DNA from: an uncultured delta proteobacterium | GTDB lineage: Bacteria > Myxococcota_A > UBA9160 > SZUA-336 | Direction of reading: 5' to 3' | Assembly: GCA_963704165.1 (NCBI GenBank) | Contig: CAVPHD010000003.1 | Location: 64,001 to 128,000, forward strand | DNA length: 64,000 nt | Shown: positions 1 through 9,717 of the stretch, piece after piece | Layout: every line of letters starts with the position of its first letter | How positions within the stretch are numbered: position 1 is the stretch's first letter | Notes under the pieces: model-generated | Databases searched by the model: none | Told to the model about the DNA's origin: nothing | Seen by the model: the letters and a program-made list of their open reading frames with translations, nothing else | Program-made: the position numbers and the translations under genes

Positions 1-1168
1 CCGACCCGCTCGAACCGAGGAAGATGCCCGTGACACCTCCGACGAGGAACGTGGCGATGAAGCCGAGCGCCCAGAGCATGGGCGTGCTGAGGGTGATCGA
101 GCCACCGTAGAGCGTGGCGATGAAGACGAACATCATCTCGGCGATCGGAATCGAGATGATCAGCGTCGTCACCGTGAAGATGTTCGCCATGCGCGGATCG
201 ATGCCCGCGACGAACTGGTGGTGCGCCCAGACGAAGAACGAGAGGATCCCGGTCGCGATCGCCGTGTTCACGACCGTCTTGTACGCGAAGAGCTTCTTGC
301 GCGAGAAGACGGTGATGATCTCGGCCGTGATTCCGGTCGCCGGCAAGAGCACCACGTAGACCTCCGGGTGCCCGAAGAACCAGAACATGTGCTGCCAGAG
401 GATCGGGTCGCCGCCGCGATTCGGATCGAAGAACGCGGTGCCGAGCTGCTGGTCGAAGAGCATCATGATCGCGCCCGCGATCAGGGGTCCCACGGACGCC
501 ATGAAGACGATGCTCGCGATCACGATCATCCAGACCACGATGGGGACGTCGGTGTACTTCATGCCGGGGGCGCGCGCGTTCATGGCCGTCGTGACGAAAT
601 TGATTCCGCCGAGCAGGAACGCCACGAACTCGAGCGCGATCGCAATCAGGAAGACCGAGGATCCGGTTCCCGTCAGGCTGTACTCTTCCTTGGCCATGAG
701 CGGCGGATACATCGTCCACGCGCCCGCAGCGCCGCCACCGTCGACGAAGAACGAGACGAAGAGCACGACGGCCGACAGCAGGAAGATCTGGTAGGAGAGG
801 CGATTGATCTTCGGGAATACCATGTCGTCGGCGCCGATCATCAGCGGGATCAGGTAGTTCCCGAATGCCGCGATCAGCACCGGCATCGCCACCCAGAAGA
901 TCATGATCGCGCCGTGGTTGGTGACGAGCATGTTGTAGTCGGACGGCGTGACGAGACCCCAACCGGGAATGCTCATGCCGGGGTACGCCATCTGCATCCG
1001 GAACACGTACGAGAAGAAGCCCGCGACGATCGCGAGCGCCATCCCCGTGAACATGTACTGGAAGCAGATGATCTTGTGATCGGTCGAGAGCAGGTAGTGC
1101 CGGACCCACGATTCGCGCGCGTGATGCGCACCGTGGTCGTGCCCGTGCTCCGCGTGTTCGACGGCCAT
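1..1168 (-). CDS. coxA: Heme-copper oxidase subunit I, A1-type motif, 3' end outside window
   Basis: Not in the ORF track (no stop in window). Manual translation from ATG 1168: MAVEHAEHGHDHGAHH...STDHK...NHGAIMIFW...FGNYLIPLMIGADDMVFP...WTMYPPL...WFFGHPEVY...VWAHHQF...GGVTGIFL. Confidence 0.95.
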   Translation of the reverse strand, partial: MAVEHAEHGHDHGAHHARESWVRHYLLSTDHKIICFQYMFTGMALAIVAGFFSYVFRMQMAYPGMSIPGWGLVTPSDYNMLVTNHGAIMIFWVAMPVLIAAFGNYLIPLMIGADDMVFPKINRLSYQIFLLSAVVLFVSFFVDGGGAAGAWTMYPPLMAKEEYSLTGTGSSVFLIAIALEFVAFLLGGINFVTTAMNARAPGMKYTDVPIVVWMIVIASIVFMASVGPLIAGAIMMLFDQQLGTAFFDPNRGGDPILWQHMFWFFGHPEVYVVLLPATGITAEIITVFSRKKLFAYKTVVNTAIATGILSFFVWAHHQFVAGIDPRMANIFTVTTLIISIPIAEMMFVFIATLYGGSITLSTPMLWALGFIATFLVGGVTGIFLGSSGS

Positions 1169-1170
1169 CG

Positions 1171-1857
1171 CTACTCCCCTACACCGGACGACGAGCTGTG
1201 AGACGTGATCCAGGCGGCGTGAGCCTCGGGTGTCTCGATCACGACACGGCCTGGCATGAGCGCGTGCCCGACTCCGCAGATCTCGGCGCACTGGATGTCG
1301 TGCTCGCCGGTCGCAATCGGCTTGAACCAGCCTTTGACCACGCGACCGGGAATCGCGTCCTGCTTCAGCCGGAAGACCGGAACCGAGAAGCTGTGGAGAA
1401 CGTCGCGCGACTCGAGGTGGAACTCGTAGGTCTTCCCGACCTGCAGGTGCAGGTCATCGACCGTGCGGATGTCGTCCGCCGTGTCGAGCCGACCGTCGGC
1501 GCCCGCATGGACGAAGCTCCAAGCCCACTGCTGGCCGACGATGCGCACGGATTCGTCCGTCGGCGGCATGTCTTGCTTGACGATGTACCAGACACGGACG
1601 GCGACGACGAGAATCACGACGTCGCACACCAGCACGAGGTAGTGCGGGATGTTGATCCACTTCTTCTCGGACTTCAGCTCCCCGGTGATGTACTGAGCCG
1701 GCACGCCGTCGCGCTTCTTGAAGCGCACGATGAGCCAGACGAAGATCACCTCGACGAGGACGAACCAGAACACGATCACGACCCAGAAAATCAGATCGAT
1801 GATGAAATCTACGTTCGCGGCATAGCTCGAGATCGCGGGAACCCATCTCTCGATCAT
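1171..1857 (-). CDS. coxB: Cytochrome c oxidase subunit II (CuA)
   Basis: Two TM helices, QQWAW, DVLHSF, CuA motif CAEICGVGHALM. Confidence 0.95.
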   Translation of the reverse strand: MIERWVPAISSYAANVDFIIDLIFWVVIVFWFVLVEVIFVWLIVRFKKRDGVPAQYITGELKSEKKWINIPHYLVLVCDVVILVVAVRVWYIVKQDMPPTDESVRIVGQQWAWSFVHAGADGRLDTADDIRTVDDLHLQVGKTYEFHLESRDVLHSFSVPVFRLKQDAIPGRVVKGWFKPIATGEHDIQCAEICGVGHALMPGRVVIETPEAHAAWITSHSSSSGVGE

Positions 1858-1864
1858 TCTCGCC

Positions 1865-1978
1865 TCACTGCTTCAAGATGACGAAGTAGAAGGCCGCCGC
1901 GACCCAAGCCACGATGCTCGCTGCGGTGATGGCGTAGACCCGCCACGCCAACTCCTCTGCCGAGTACGACTTCGCCAT
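1865..1978 (-). CDS. Small single-TM protein, 37 aa, probable oxidase accessory subunit
   Basis: MAKSYSAEELAWRVYAITAASIVAWVAAAFYFVILKQ*; GGAG upstream; fills the gap between cytochrome c and coxB (2-nt and 7-nt spacers). Confidence 0.75.
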   Translation of the reverse strand: MAKSYSAEELAWRVYAITAASIVAWVAAAFYFVILKQ

Positions 1979-1980
1979 CG

Positions 1981-2634
1981 CTACTGCGCTCCTCCGATCT
2001 TGGCCCCGGGCAGCGTTCCGATGTGAGCGAGGACGTCCTTGATCGCCTGCTCGTCGGCGAGCAGCATCGACATGGCGCGCATGGCCGCGCCCCCGACGTC
2101 GCGCGGATCGCTGCCGCGGATGCCCTGCTGATAGTTCCTGATCTGGGTGAACTGGTACCAGTCGCTGGTGTGGCTGAGCGCCGGACCGCCGACGGGCTCC
2201 ACGCCCTCTCCACCGAGCCCGTGACAGCCGGAGCAGGTCGCGTAGAGGGCCGCGCCCCGGGTCGGATCACCTCCGACCAGGATCGGTGCGGGGCGGACCC
2301 GGGGAAGCGCCGCGATGTACATCGCGGCGGACGAAACGTCGGCGTCGGTCTTGAGCCACCGGGCCATCGGTCGCATGCGCATTCCGCCGAGGTCGTCGAA
2401 GTGACTCGCGCGCACGCCGTCCTTGAAGTTGTGCAGCTGCTTCTCGACGTACCAGCGGTCTTGTCCGGCGATCGAGGGCGCGAGGAACATCGGATTCCCA
2501 CCGCCGTCGGCACCGTGGCAGGCCGAGCAGAACTTGTAGAGCTCGGCTCCGCGCTCGGCCGTCTGAGCCTGAACCGGAGCCGCGAGCAGTGTCCCAAGGA
2601 TCGCCAGGATCACGAGGATCGGCCGGTGCCTCAT
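1981..2634 (-). CDS. Di-heme cytochrome c (c4 family)
   Basis: Signal peptide, two CxxCH (CSACH, CSGCH), Met ligand regions MRPMA and MRAMS. Confidence 0.92.
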   Translation of the reverse strand: MRHRPILVILAILGTLLAAPVQAQTAERGAELYKFCSACHGADGGGNPMFLAPSIAGQDRWYVEKQLHNFKDGVRASHFDDLGGMRMRPMARWLKTDADVSSAAMYIAALPRVRPAPILVGGDPTRGAALYATCSGCHGLGGEGVEPVGGPALSHTSDWYQFTQIRNYQQGIRGSDPRDVGGAAMRAMSMLLADEQAIKDVLAHIGTLPGAKIGGAQ

Positions 2635-2714
2635 CCTACCTTCCCCCAAGGTTCCCCCCACGTCGTCCTCTCCCTCGCGCTCGCGATGCCCGGCACGGAG
2701 GGGATCGCAGTCGC

Positions 2715-2743
2715 TGTGTACTCGGAACGCCCGGAGAGGTCAA
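2715..2743 (-). promoter_or_regulatory. Putative sigma70 promoter of the oxidase operon
   Basis: TTGACC-N17-TACACA on the minus strand. Confidence 0.45.
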
Positions 2744-2794
2744 GGTGGCCAGCGGTATGACCGTACCTCTGGCAAAGCGACGAGGAATTTGCGT

Positions 2795-3937
2795 CTAGCC
2801 TCGGTCTCGGCCTTCGAGAAGTGACCGATAAAAGCGCTCGAGGCGCTCGGCCTGGAGCGCGATCGTGTGGTGTTCGAGGATCCGCCTTCGCGCCGCCTTC
2901 CCGCGCGCCTGCCAGCGCGCGGGCTCGCGCCAGAGATCATCGTATGCCACTGCGAGCGATTCCGGCGTCTCGTCGCAGAGGACACCGGTCTCGCCGCTCG
3001 CCACCGTCTCCGGCAGGACTCCGCGCCGGCTCGCGATCGTCGGGATCTCCATCGACATCGTCTCGAGCACGGCGCGACAGGAGCCGTCGGAGCCGGGAAC
3101 CAGGAAGACCAGAGCGTCCATGAGCGCGAGCGTGTCGAGGTAGTCGTCGCGGCGATAGCCGGCTCGCACGACCGCGGGCTCGAGGCCGAGCCTCGCGATG
3201 GGCGCGTCGAGCACCTCGCGCGCGCGAGTTCCGCGACCGACGACGAGCAACCGCAGACCGGGCGCTTGCTTCCGGGCGAGCGCGAGCGCCTGAAGAATCA
3301 ACTCGACCTGGCGGTGCGGCTGCAGGCGGGCGACGAGACCGACCACGCGTTGATCCGACCCCAGGCCGAACTCGCGGCGGAGCGTGTCAAGCGCGGCGCG
3401 CGGCGCGAAGCGACTCGCATCGACGACGCCGGGGACGACGCCGACGCGCTCCCGCCGTCCACCGACTCGCGCGCGGGCATCCTCGGCAAGGCGCTCCGAC
3501 AGAACGGTGAGCCCATCGCATCCGCGCGGACCGTAGAGCCAGCGATTCCAGAACCCGCGCGCGAGGAGATCCCCGTGGCTCCAGGTCGAGACGACGCGCG
3601 CGCCCGTTCCCCGCGAGGCGAGCCGCGCCAGAAGGTGCGCGCGCGCGTGCTGCGCGTGCACGATCTGGTGTCCGCGCTCGCGCAGGAAGGCCCGAAGGCG
3701 CCGGACCTCGCCCCGGTCGCGGAGCGGAACGAAACCCTGTCTCCTGTGCGGGACGTAGGCGGGCTCGACGCCGCGCTCGCGGGCTCGCTCCGCGAGCGCA
3801 CCGGCATGCCCCGGCGGTGGCTCGGGGAAGGCCGCGTCGACTTCGTGTCCACGCGCGCGAAGTCCGACGACGGCGTGCACCAGCGGCTCGGCGGGACCCG
3901 TCCACTTCCAGTCGCTGGTGAGCTGGAGGATCTTCAT
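2795..3937 (-). CDS. Glycosyltransferase family 4
   Basis: MKILQL N-terminus, HAQH, GT-B C-terminal donor-binding region (VLETMSMEIPTIASRRG...ETG). Confidence 0.88.
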   Translation of the reverse strand: MKILQLTSDWKWTGPAEPLVHAVVGLRARGHEVDAAFPEPPPGHAGALAERARERGVEPAYVPHRRQGFVPLRDRGEVRRLRAFLRERGHQIVHAQHARAHLLARLASRGTGARVVSTWSHGDLLARGFWNRWLYGPRGCDGLTVLSERLAEDARARVGGRRERVGVVPGVVDASRFAPRAALDTLRREFGLGSDQRVVGLVARLQPHRQVELILQALALARKQAPGLRLLVVGRGTRAREVLDAPIARLGLEPAVVRAGYRRDDYLDTLALMDALVFLVPGSDGSCRAVLETMSMEIPTIASRRGVLPETVASGETGVLCDETPESLAVAYDDLWREPARWQARGKAARRRILEHHTIALQAERLERFYRSLLEGRDRG

Positions 3938-4713
3938 GGCTTCGGGAGCCGCTCTCGCTCCCAGAGCTTCGCGTACTTCATGAACACGTAGTACGCGCCG
4001 GCGATCGAGACGATGAACCCCGGAATTCCGCGTCGGAATCCCTGGCGAAGCAGGTAGCTCTTGAGAAACCGTGCGACCGGTCGGAGCAGCAGGTCACGCA
4101 GCCGAAAGCGCTTGCCGGACGCTTCGAGCGACGCCGCCATCCGCGAGGAGAAGCTGTCCATCGTCCGGATGTGGTCGGAGAGATTTCGGTAGTTCCAGTG
4201 CAGGAGTCGTCCGCGGAGTCTCTCGACCGGCCCGTCGAGCTCGACCCGGTCGTGGGGATCGAGACCTCCCCAGCGGCCGCGTGAACGGCGAAAGACGCGA
4301 AGCTGCCAATCGGGATACCACTCGCCGCGGTCGTGCCAGACCCCGAGGTAACGAGTCACGCGATCGAGCGCGTAGCCGACGACTCGACCCTCGTCTCGAG
4401 CCAGCGCGCCGCGGATGTTCGCCGCGAGCTCGGGCGAGAGCGCTTCGTCGGCGTCGAGGCAGATCACCCAGTCGCTCTTCGCGCGCTCGAGCGCGAAGTT
4501 CTTCTGATGCACGTAGCCGAGGAATGGCTGCTCGATCACCTTGTCGGTGTACTTCCGCGCGATCTCGCGCGTGCCGTCGGTCGAGCCCGAGTCCACCACG
4601 ACGATCTCGTCGCAAAACGAGAGTGACTCGAGACAGCGCGCGATTCGATCGGCCTCGTTCAAGCAGATGACCACGGCCGAGATCGTCGGCGTCTTCACGA
4701 CCGCATCGCTCAT
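3934..4713 (-). CDS. Glycosyltransferase family 2 (WaaE/KdtX-like, LPS core)
   Basis: ISAVVICLNE...VVDSGSTDGT...LDADE...WYPD; ATG 4713 overlaps the rel stop. Confidence 0.9.
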   Translation of the reverse strand: MSDAVVKTPTISAVVICLNEADRIARCLESLSFCDEIVVVDSGSTDGTREIARKYTDKVIEQPFLGYVHQKNFALERAKSDWVICLDADEALSPELAANIRGALARDEGRVVGYALDRVTRYLGVWHDRGEWYPDWQLRVFRRSRGRWGGLDPHDRVELDGPVERLRGRLLHWNYRNLSDHIRTMDSFSSRMAASLEASGKRFRLRDLLLRPVARFLKSYLLRQGFRRGIPGFIVSIAGAYYVFMKYAKLWERERLPKP

Positions 4714-6851
4714 CCGCGGACCCGCTCGACCGTCAGCACGCCGCGGATCTTCGAGATCTGGCGCAGGACTCCCTCGAGGTGCTTGCGGTCCTTGACGGAA
4801 AGCTCGAAGAGCTGGATCGCGCGACGATCGTCGCTGGTGCTGATCTGCGCGCTGCCGATGTTCACGCCTTCCGCGGAGATCTTGTTCGAGACCGCGGCGA
4901 GCAGTCCCGGGCGATCTTCCGAGACGACTCGGACCTTCACCAGCCGGAACTCTCCCGGCGCGCTCTCCCAGCTGACGGGGACGCGGCGCTCGGGGTCGAG
5001 ATGAAAGATCTTCGAGCAGTCGGCCGCGTGGACCGTGACGCCACGGCCGCGGGTGATGAAGCCCTCGACCGAATCCCCGGGAACCGGCGCACAGCACTTC
5101 GCAAATCGCACCAGGACGTTCTCCATCCCGGAGACGCGCACGTTTCCGGTGCCGCGTCCGACGGACAGCACCCGGCGCAGGAGCGATGGTTTCGGCTCCG
5201 GCTCGTCTTCGGAGAGACCCGAGATCTGGCGCGCGACCACACGCGCATCCAGCTTCCCGTAGGCGATCGCCTGCAGGAGTCCGTCGAGGTCACGCACACC
5301 GAGCGCTCGCGCCGTGGACTTGATCTCTCCGGCCTTGACGAGTTTCTCGAACGAGAGGCTGCGCTTGTGCAGCTCTCGCTGCAGTAGGTCCCGGCCGAGA
5401 TCTCGAGCGCGCTCGACCTGTTCGGCCTTGAGCACGTGCCGGATGCGGCTTCGCGCACGCCCGGTGACGACGAAGTCGAGCCACTCCTGCCGCGGCCGCT
5501 GGTGAGGCGACGTGATGATCTCGATCGTGTCGCCGTTCGAGAGCTTGTGACGAAGCGCGACGAGCTGCCCGTTCACCTTCGCGCCCTGGCAGCGATTGCC
5601 GACCTCGGAGTGGACGGCGTACGCGAAATCGATCGGCGTGGCGCCGGCCGGCAGGGCCTGCACGTCTCCCTGCGGCGTGAAGACATAGACCTCGTCGCTG
5701 AACAGGTCGATGCGGACCGTCTCGAGGAACTCGTTGGGGTCCTTGAGCTGCTGCTGCCACTCCAGCAGTTGGCGCAGCCAGGCGAACTGCTGCTCGTCGC
5801 CCGCGCTCGTCGAGCCGGCGCCCTTGTACTTCCAGTGCGCCGCGATCCCGAGCTCCGCCACGCGGTGCATCTCCTGGGTCCGGATCTGCACTTCCATCCG
5901 CTCACCGAACGGGCCGATCACCGTCGTGTGTATGGACTGGTAGCCATTGGGCTTGGGCATCGCGATGTAGTCTTTGAAGCGCCCCTGAACCGGCTTCCAG
6001 AGTCCGTGGACCAGTCCGAGGCCCTCGTAGCAGGTGGACGGCGTCCCATCGACGATCACCCGAAACGCGATCAGATCGTAGATCTGGTCGATCGGCAGAT
6101 CCTGCTGCTTCATCTTCTTGAAGAGGCTGTAGACCTCCTTCAGCCGGCCCGTGACCTCGCAGCGCAATCCGCGCTTGGCGAGCTCCACGTGGAGTCGGCC
6201 CTTCACGTCCTCGATGTAGCGGTCGCGCTCCGCCTTGGTGCCGGCGATCTTCTCCTCGATCTGCGCGCAGAGCTCCGGATTCAGGACGCGGAACGCCCGG
6301 TCCTCGAGCTCCTCCTTCATCCAGTAGATCCCGAGCCGATGCGCGAGCGGCGCGTAGATCTCGAGCGTCTCCTGCGCGATGCGCCGGCGCGAGTCCTCTT
6401 CCATGAACTCGAGCGTGCGGATGTTGTGCAGACGGTCGGCGAGCTTGATCAGGATGATGCGGATGTCTTTCGACATCGCGAGCAGCATCTTCCGGAAGTT
6501 CTCGGCCTGCGCCTCCTCACGGCTCTGAAACTCGATCTTCGAGAGCTTCGTCAGCCCGGCGACGAGGTCGCTGATCTCCGGACCGAATTGCGCGCGAAGG
6601 TCCTCGTCCGTCGCGAGCGTGTCCTCGACGGTGTCGTGCAGGAGCCCCGCCGCGACGGTCACGTGGTCCAGGCGCATCTCTGCGAGCAACTCGGCGACCG
6701 CGAGCGGGTGCGTCAGGTACGGTTCACCGGACAGGCGCATCTGGCCTTGGTGCACCTTCGCGGAGTAGACGTACGCCTTCTCGAGCAGCGAGACGTCGAC
6801 GCCGGGAAAGTGCCCCTGCACCTGCTCGACGATCTCGTTGATGCGAGGCAC
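4710..6851 (-). CDS. relA: Bifunctional (p)ppGpp synthetase/hydrolase RelA/SpoT
   Basis: HD motif LLHDTVEDT, IKLADRLHN, KPNGYQSIHT, TGS and ACT domains. Confidence 0.97.
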   Translation of the reverse strand: MPRINEIVEQVQGHFPGVDVSLLEKAYVYSAKVHQGQMRLSGEPYLTHPLAVAELLAEMRLDHVTVAAGLLHDTVEDTLATDEDLRAQFGPEISDLVAGLTKLSKIEFQSREEAQAENFRKMLLAMSKDIRIILIKLADRLHNIRTLEFMEEDSRRRIAQETLEIYAPLAHRLGIYWMKEELEDRAFRVLNPELCAQIEEKIAGTKAERDRYIEDVKGRLHVELAKRGLRCEVTGRLKEVYSLFKKMKQQDLPIDQIYDLIAFRVIVDGTPSTCYEGLGLVHGLWKPVQGRFKDYIAMPKPNGYQSIHTTVIGPFGERMEVQIRTQEMHRVAELGIAAHWKYKGAGSTSAGDEQQFAWLRQLLEWQQQLKDPNEFLETVRIDLFSDEVYVFTPQGDVQALPAGATPIDFAYAVHSEVGNRCQGAKVNGQLVALRHKLSNGDTIEIITSPHQRPRQEWLDFVVTGRARSRIRHVLKAEQVERARDLGRDLLQRELHKRSLSFEKLVKAGEIKSTARALGVRDLDGLLQAIAYGKLDARVVARQISGLSEDEPEPKPSLLRRVLSVGRGTGNVRVSGMENVLVRFAKCCAPVPGDSVEGFITRGRGVTVHAADCSKIFHLDPERRVPVSWESAPGEFRLVKVRVVSEDRPGLLAAVSNKISAEGVNIGSAQISTSDDRRAIQLFELSVKDRKHLEGVLRQISKIRGVLTVERVRG

Positions 6852-7430
6852 CTAGGTGCGCTCTTGCCGCGCGTCGCGGATCACCCGTAGCAATTCGTCG
6901 GTGGCCTTGTCGATCGACTCGTTCACGATCCGGTGCTGACACTCCTGCGCGTAGCCGACCTCCTCGCGCGCGATCGCCAGGCGCTTGCCCGTGACGGCGG
7001 CGTCCTCGGTGTTGCGCGCGCGCAGCCGGGCCTCGAGCACCTCCAGCGTCGGGGGCAGGATGAAGACGCGCACCGCGTCGGGGAGCCGCGCCTGGAGTTG
7101 CCGCGCACCCTGGACCTCGACCTCGAGAATCAGATCGAAGCCGTCCCGGGTCGGCGCATCGACCGCGGCCCGGCTCGTCCCGTAGAGATTCCCCTGGTAC
7201 TCGGCGTGCTCGAGGAACGCGTCCTTCGCGACGAGCGCGCGAAATCCGGTTTCGTCGACGAAATGGTAGTCGAGGCCGTCCCGCTCGCCCGGACGCGGCG
7301 CGCGCGTCGTGTGCGAGATCGAGAAGCGCACCCGCGGATCGGCATCGAGCACTCGGCGGACGATCGTGCTCTTGCCGACACCCGACGGACCGGACACGAC
7401 GAACACGTTGCCGCGTCCGCTGCGACTCAC
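6852..7430 (-). CDS. gmk: Guanylate kinase
   Basis: [31 protein letters not shown]. Confidence 0.97.
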   Translation of the reverse strand: MSRSGRGNVFVVSGPSGVGKSTIVRRVLDADPRVRFSISHTTRAPRPGERDGLDYHFVDETGFRALVAKDAFLEHAEYQGNLYGTSRAAVDAPTRDGFDLILEVEVQGARQLQARLPDAVRVFILPPTLEVLEARLRARNTEDAAVTGKRLAIAREEVGYAQECQHRIVNESIDKATDELLRVIRDARQERT

Positions 7431-7684
7431 GGCTCGAGGCCTTCGTCGTCGCGGTCGGCCAATCGCAGCGCGAGCGTCTCGGGTTGAACCGCCGAGAGCA
7501 CGACGTGATCCGAGTCCGTCACGATCACGGAGCGCGTCTTCCGGCCCTGGGTGGCGTCGACGAGCTTGCCCCGCTGACCGGCCTCTTCGCGCAGGCGCCG
7601 GATCGGCGCGGCGGCCGGGCCGACGACCGCCACGACGCGCGCGGCGACCACGACGTTCCCATAGCCGACGTTCAAGAGCTTCAC
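7427..7684 (-). CDS. DUF370 / RemA-family protein
   Basis: [12 protein letters not shown]...[31 protein letters not shown] start overlaps the corrected yicC TGA. Confidence 0.9.
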   Translation of the reverse strand: MKLLNVGYGNVVVAARVVAVVGPAAAPIRRLREEAGQRGKLVDATQGRKTRSVIVTDSDHVVLSAVQPETLALRLADRDDEGLEP

Positions 7685-8575
7685 TCGACGTTCAACACCT
7701 GTTCGCGAAGTCTTCTCCTGCTCCGTCTTCAGCTCGACGACGGCTCGGGTCAGCTCCGTGTCGGCGGACTTGCTGCCGATCGTGTTGGTTTCTCGTCCGA
7801 TTTCCTGCAGGACGAATTCGAGCTTTCGCCCGACCGCGCCGGACGCCTCGAGTGTCTCCGCGAACTGAACGAGATGACTGCGCAGGCGCACGGTCTCTTC
7901 GGTGACGTCCTGGCGGTCGACGTAGAGCACGACCTCTTGCTCGAGCCTCGAAGGGTCCGTCTCGAGCTCGGGAGCGAGGGCGGCGAGTCGCTTCTCGAGT
8001 CTCCCGCGAATTCCGGCGAGCACCGCCACGGCGCGGGACTCGATCTGACCGACGAGAATCTCGATCCGCGCGAGTCTCCCGCGCAGCTCGCGCACCAGCG
8101 CCTCGCCCTCGCGCCCGCGCATCTCCGCGGCCGCCGCGCACGCGTTCGAGATCGTCTCGAGGAGCCCCGGCTCGAGCGCTTCGATCTCGAGCTCCGGATC
8201 GCGGACACGCGAAACACCGGGAAGGGACAGAAGCCTCGCGGCCGTCAGATCCGACGGCAGGCTGAGATCGTGCGCGAGCTCCTGCGCCGCGCTCGCGTAC
8301 CTTCGTGCCGCGTCGAGATCGAGCTCGAGGCGCGGTGAGAGCTCGCCGTCCTTCGGGAGCCGCACCGCGATCTCGACCTGGCCACGCTCGAAGAAGCGCG
8401 TCGCCGTCGCGCGCGCCGTGCGCTCGAGCGCGGCGAGCTCGCGGGGAAGGCGCACCCGCACTTCGAGGTGACGCGAGTTGACGGTGCGCACCTCGGCCGA
8501 GAGCCCGTGCGCGCCGTCGGCCCGGCCAAACCCCGTCATCGAGCTTCGACCCGTCCGCTGAACCTTTCCGCTCAA
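7681..8575 (-). CDS. yicC: YicC/YloC family endoribonuclease, 1-nt insertion near 7710
   Basis: SMTGFGR, VNSRHLE, GRKLEF..QE..RE.NTIGSK; removing one base restores the ending [11 protein letters not shown]. Confidence 0.92.
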
Positions 8576-9688
8576 CGCGACAACCCGCGGCGCGAGAGCT
8601 CCGCCTGCGCGCTCTCGACCTTGTCTTCGGGGCGCTGGCTGCGCACGAACGCGATCACCTCGTCGATTCCGTCCTCGAGCCGGACGCGTGCCTCGAAGCC
8701 GAGCGCGCTGCGGGCGTGCGACGGGTCGGCGAAGCAGTGGCGGATGTCACCGGCGCGGAAGCGCTCGGTGATCTCGGGGCGGATCCCGAGCTCGAGCCGT
8801 TCCGCGAGCAGCTCCGCCACGCGGCGGATCGTCGTCGGCCGCCCCGTCCCCACGTTGCACACGCGGCCTCCGCTGGCTTCGCAGCGAAGCGCGAGAAGAT
8901 TCGCTCGCACGATGTCGGAGACGTGCACGAAGTCGCGCGACTGAAGCCCGTCCTCGGTGACGAGCGGCGGCTTCCGATTCAGGAGTCGCGAGCTGAAGAT
9001 CGCCGCGACGCCCGTGTACGGGTTCGAGAGTGCCTGCCGCGATCCGTAGACGTTGAAGTAGCGCAGCGCCACCGTGGGAATCCGATACGCATTTCCGACC
9101 GCGAGAAAGAGCTCCTCGTGATCGCGCTTGGTGACGGCGTAGACCGACGTCGGAATCAGAGGCTTGGTTTCGGGCGTTCCGATCGCTCGCAGCTCGCGGC
9201 CACGCTCGTCCCTCACTTCCCACTCGCGCTTCTCGAGCTGGGCGTCGGGGCGCAGTCCCGGAGCCGCCGGCTTGCCGTCGACATCGACGTACGCACCCTC
9301 GCCGTAGATCGACATCGACGACGCCACCACCAGGCGGGCGACCTGCCCCTTGCGCGCGATGATCTCCTGCAGGACGACCGCGGCACCGAGCGAGTTCGCG
9401 GACACGTACGATTCGATCTCGTACATCGACTGTCCGACACCGACGGCGGCGGCCTGGTGATAGACCACCTCGATCCCGTCGAGCGCGGCGCGCACCGTCT
9501 CGCGCTCGCGGACGTCGCCACGACGGTACTCGGCGACGACGGTTCGCGTGCGCGGGCCAGTCGGCGTCCTTGCCGTGCACCTGCGGATCGAGCGAGTCGA
9601 GCACGCGCACGCGGTGACCGTCGGCCACGAGTGCGTCGACGAGATGCGAACCGATGAATCCGGCTCCGCCGGTGACGAGGATGTTCAC
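8572..9688 (-). CDS. NAD-dependent epimerase/dehydratase (nucleotide-sugar), frameshift near 9535
   Basis: [39 protein letters not shown]. Confidence 0.9.
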
Positions 9689-9717
9689 GCCTTTGCCCCC
9701 TTGAATTGCGCGTCGGC

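Noticed and set aside
7427..8575. Apparent 382-aa YicC-DUF370 fusion
   Set aside because: One extra base near 7710; removing it gives the canonical YicC ending and a GTGA stop/start overlap.
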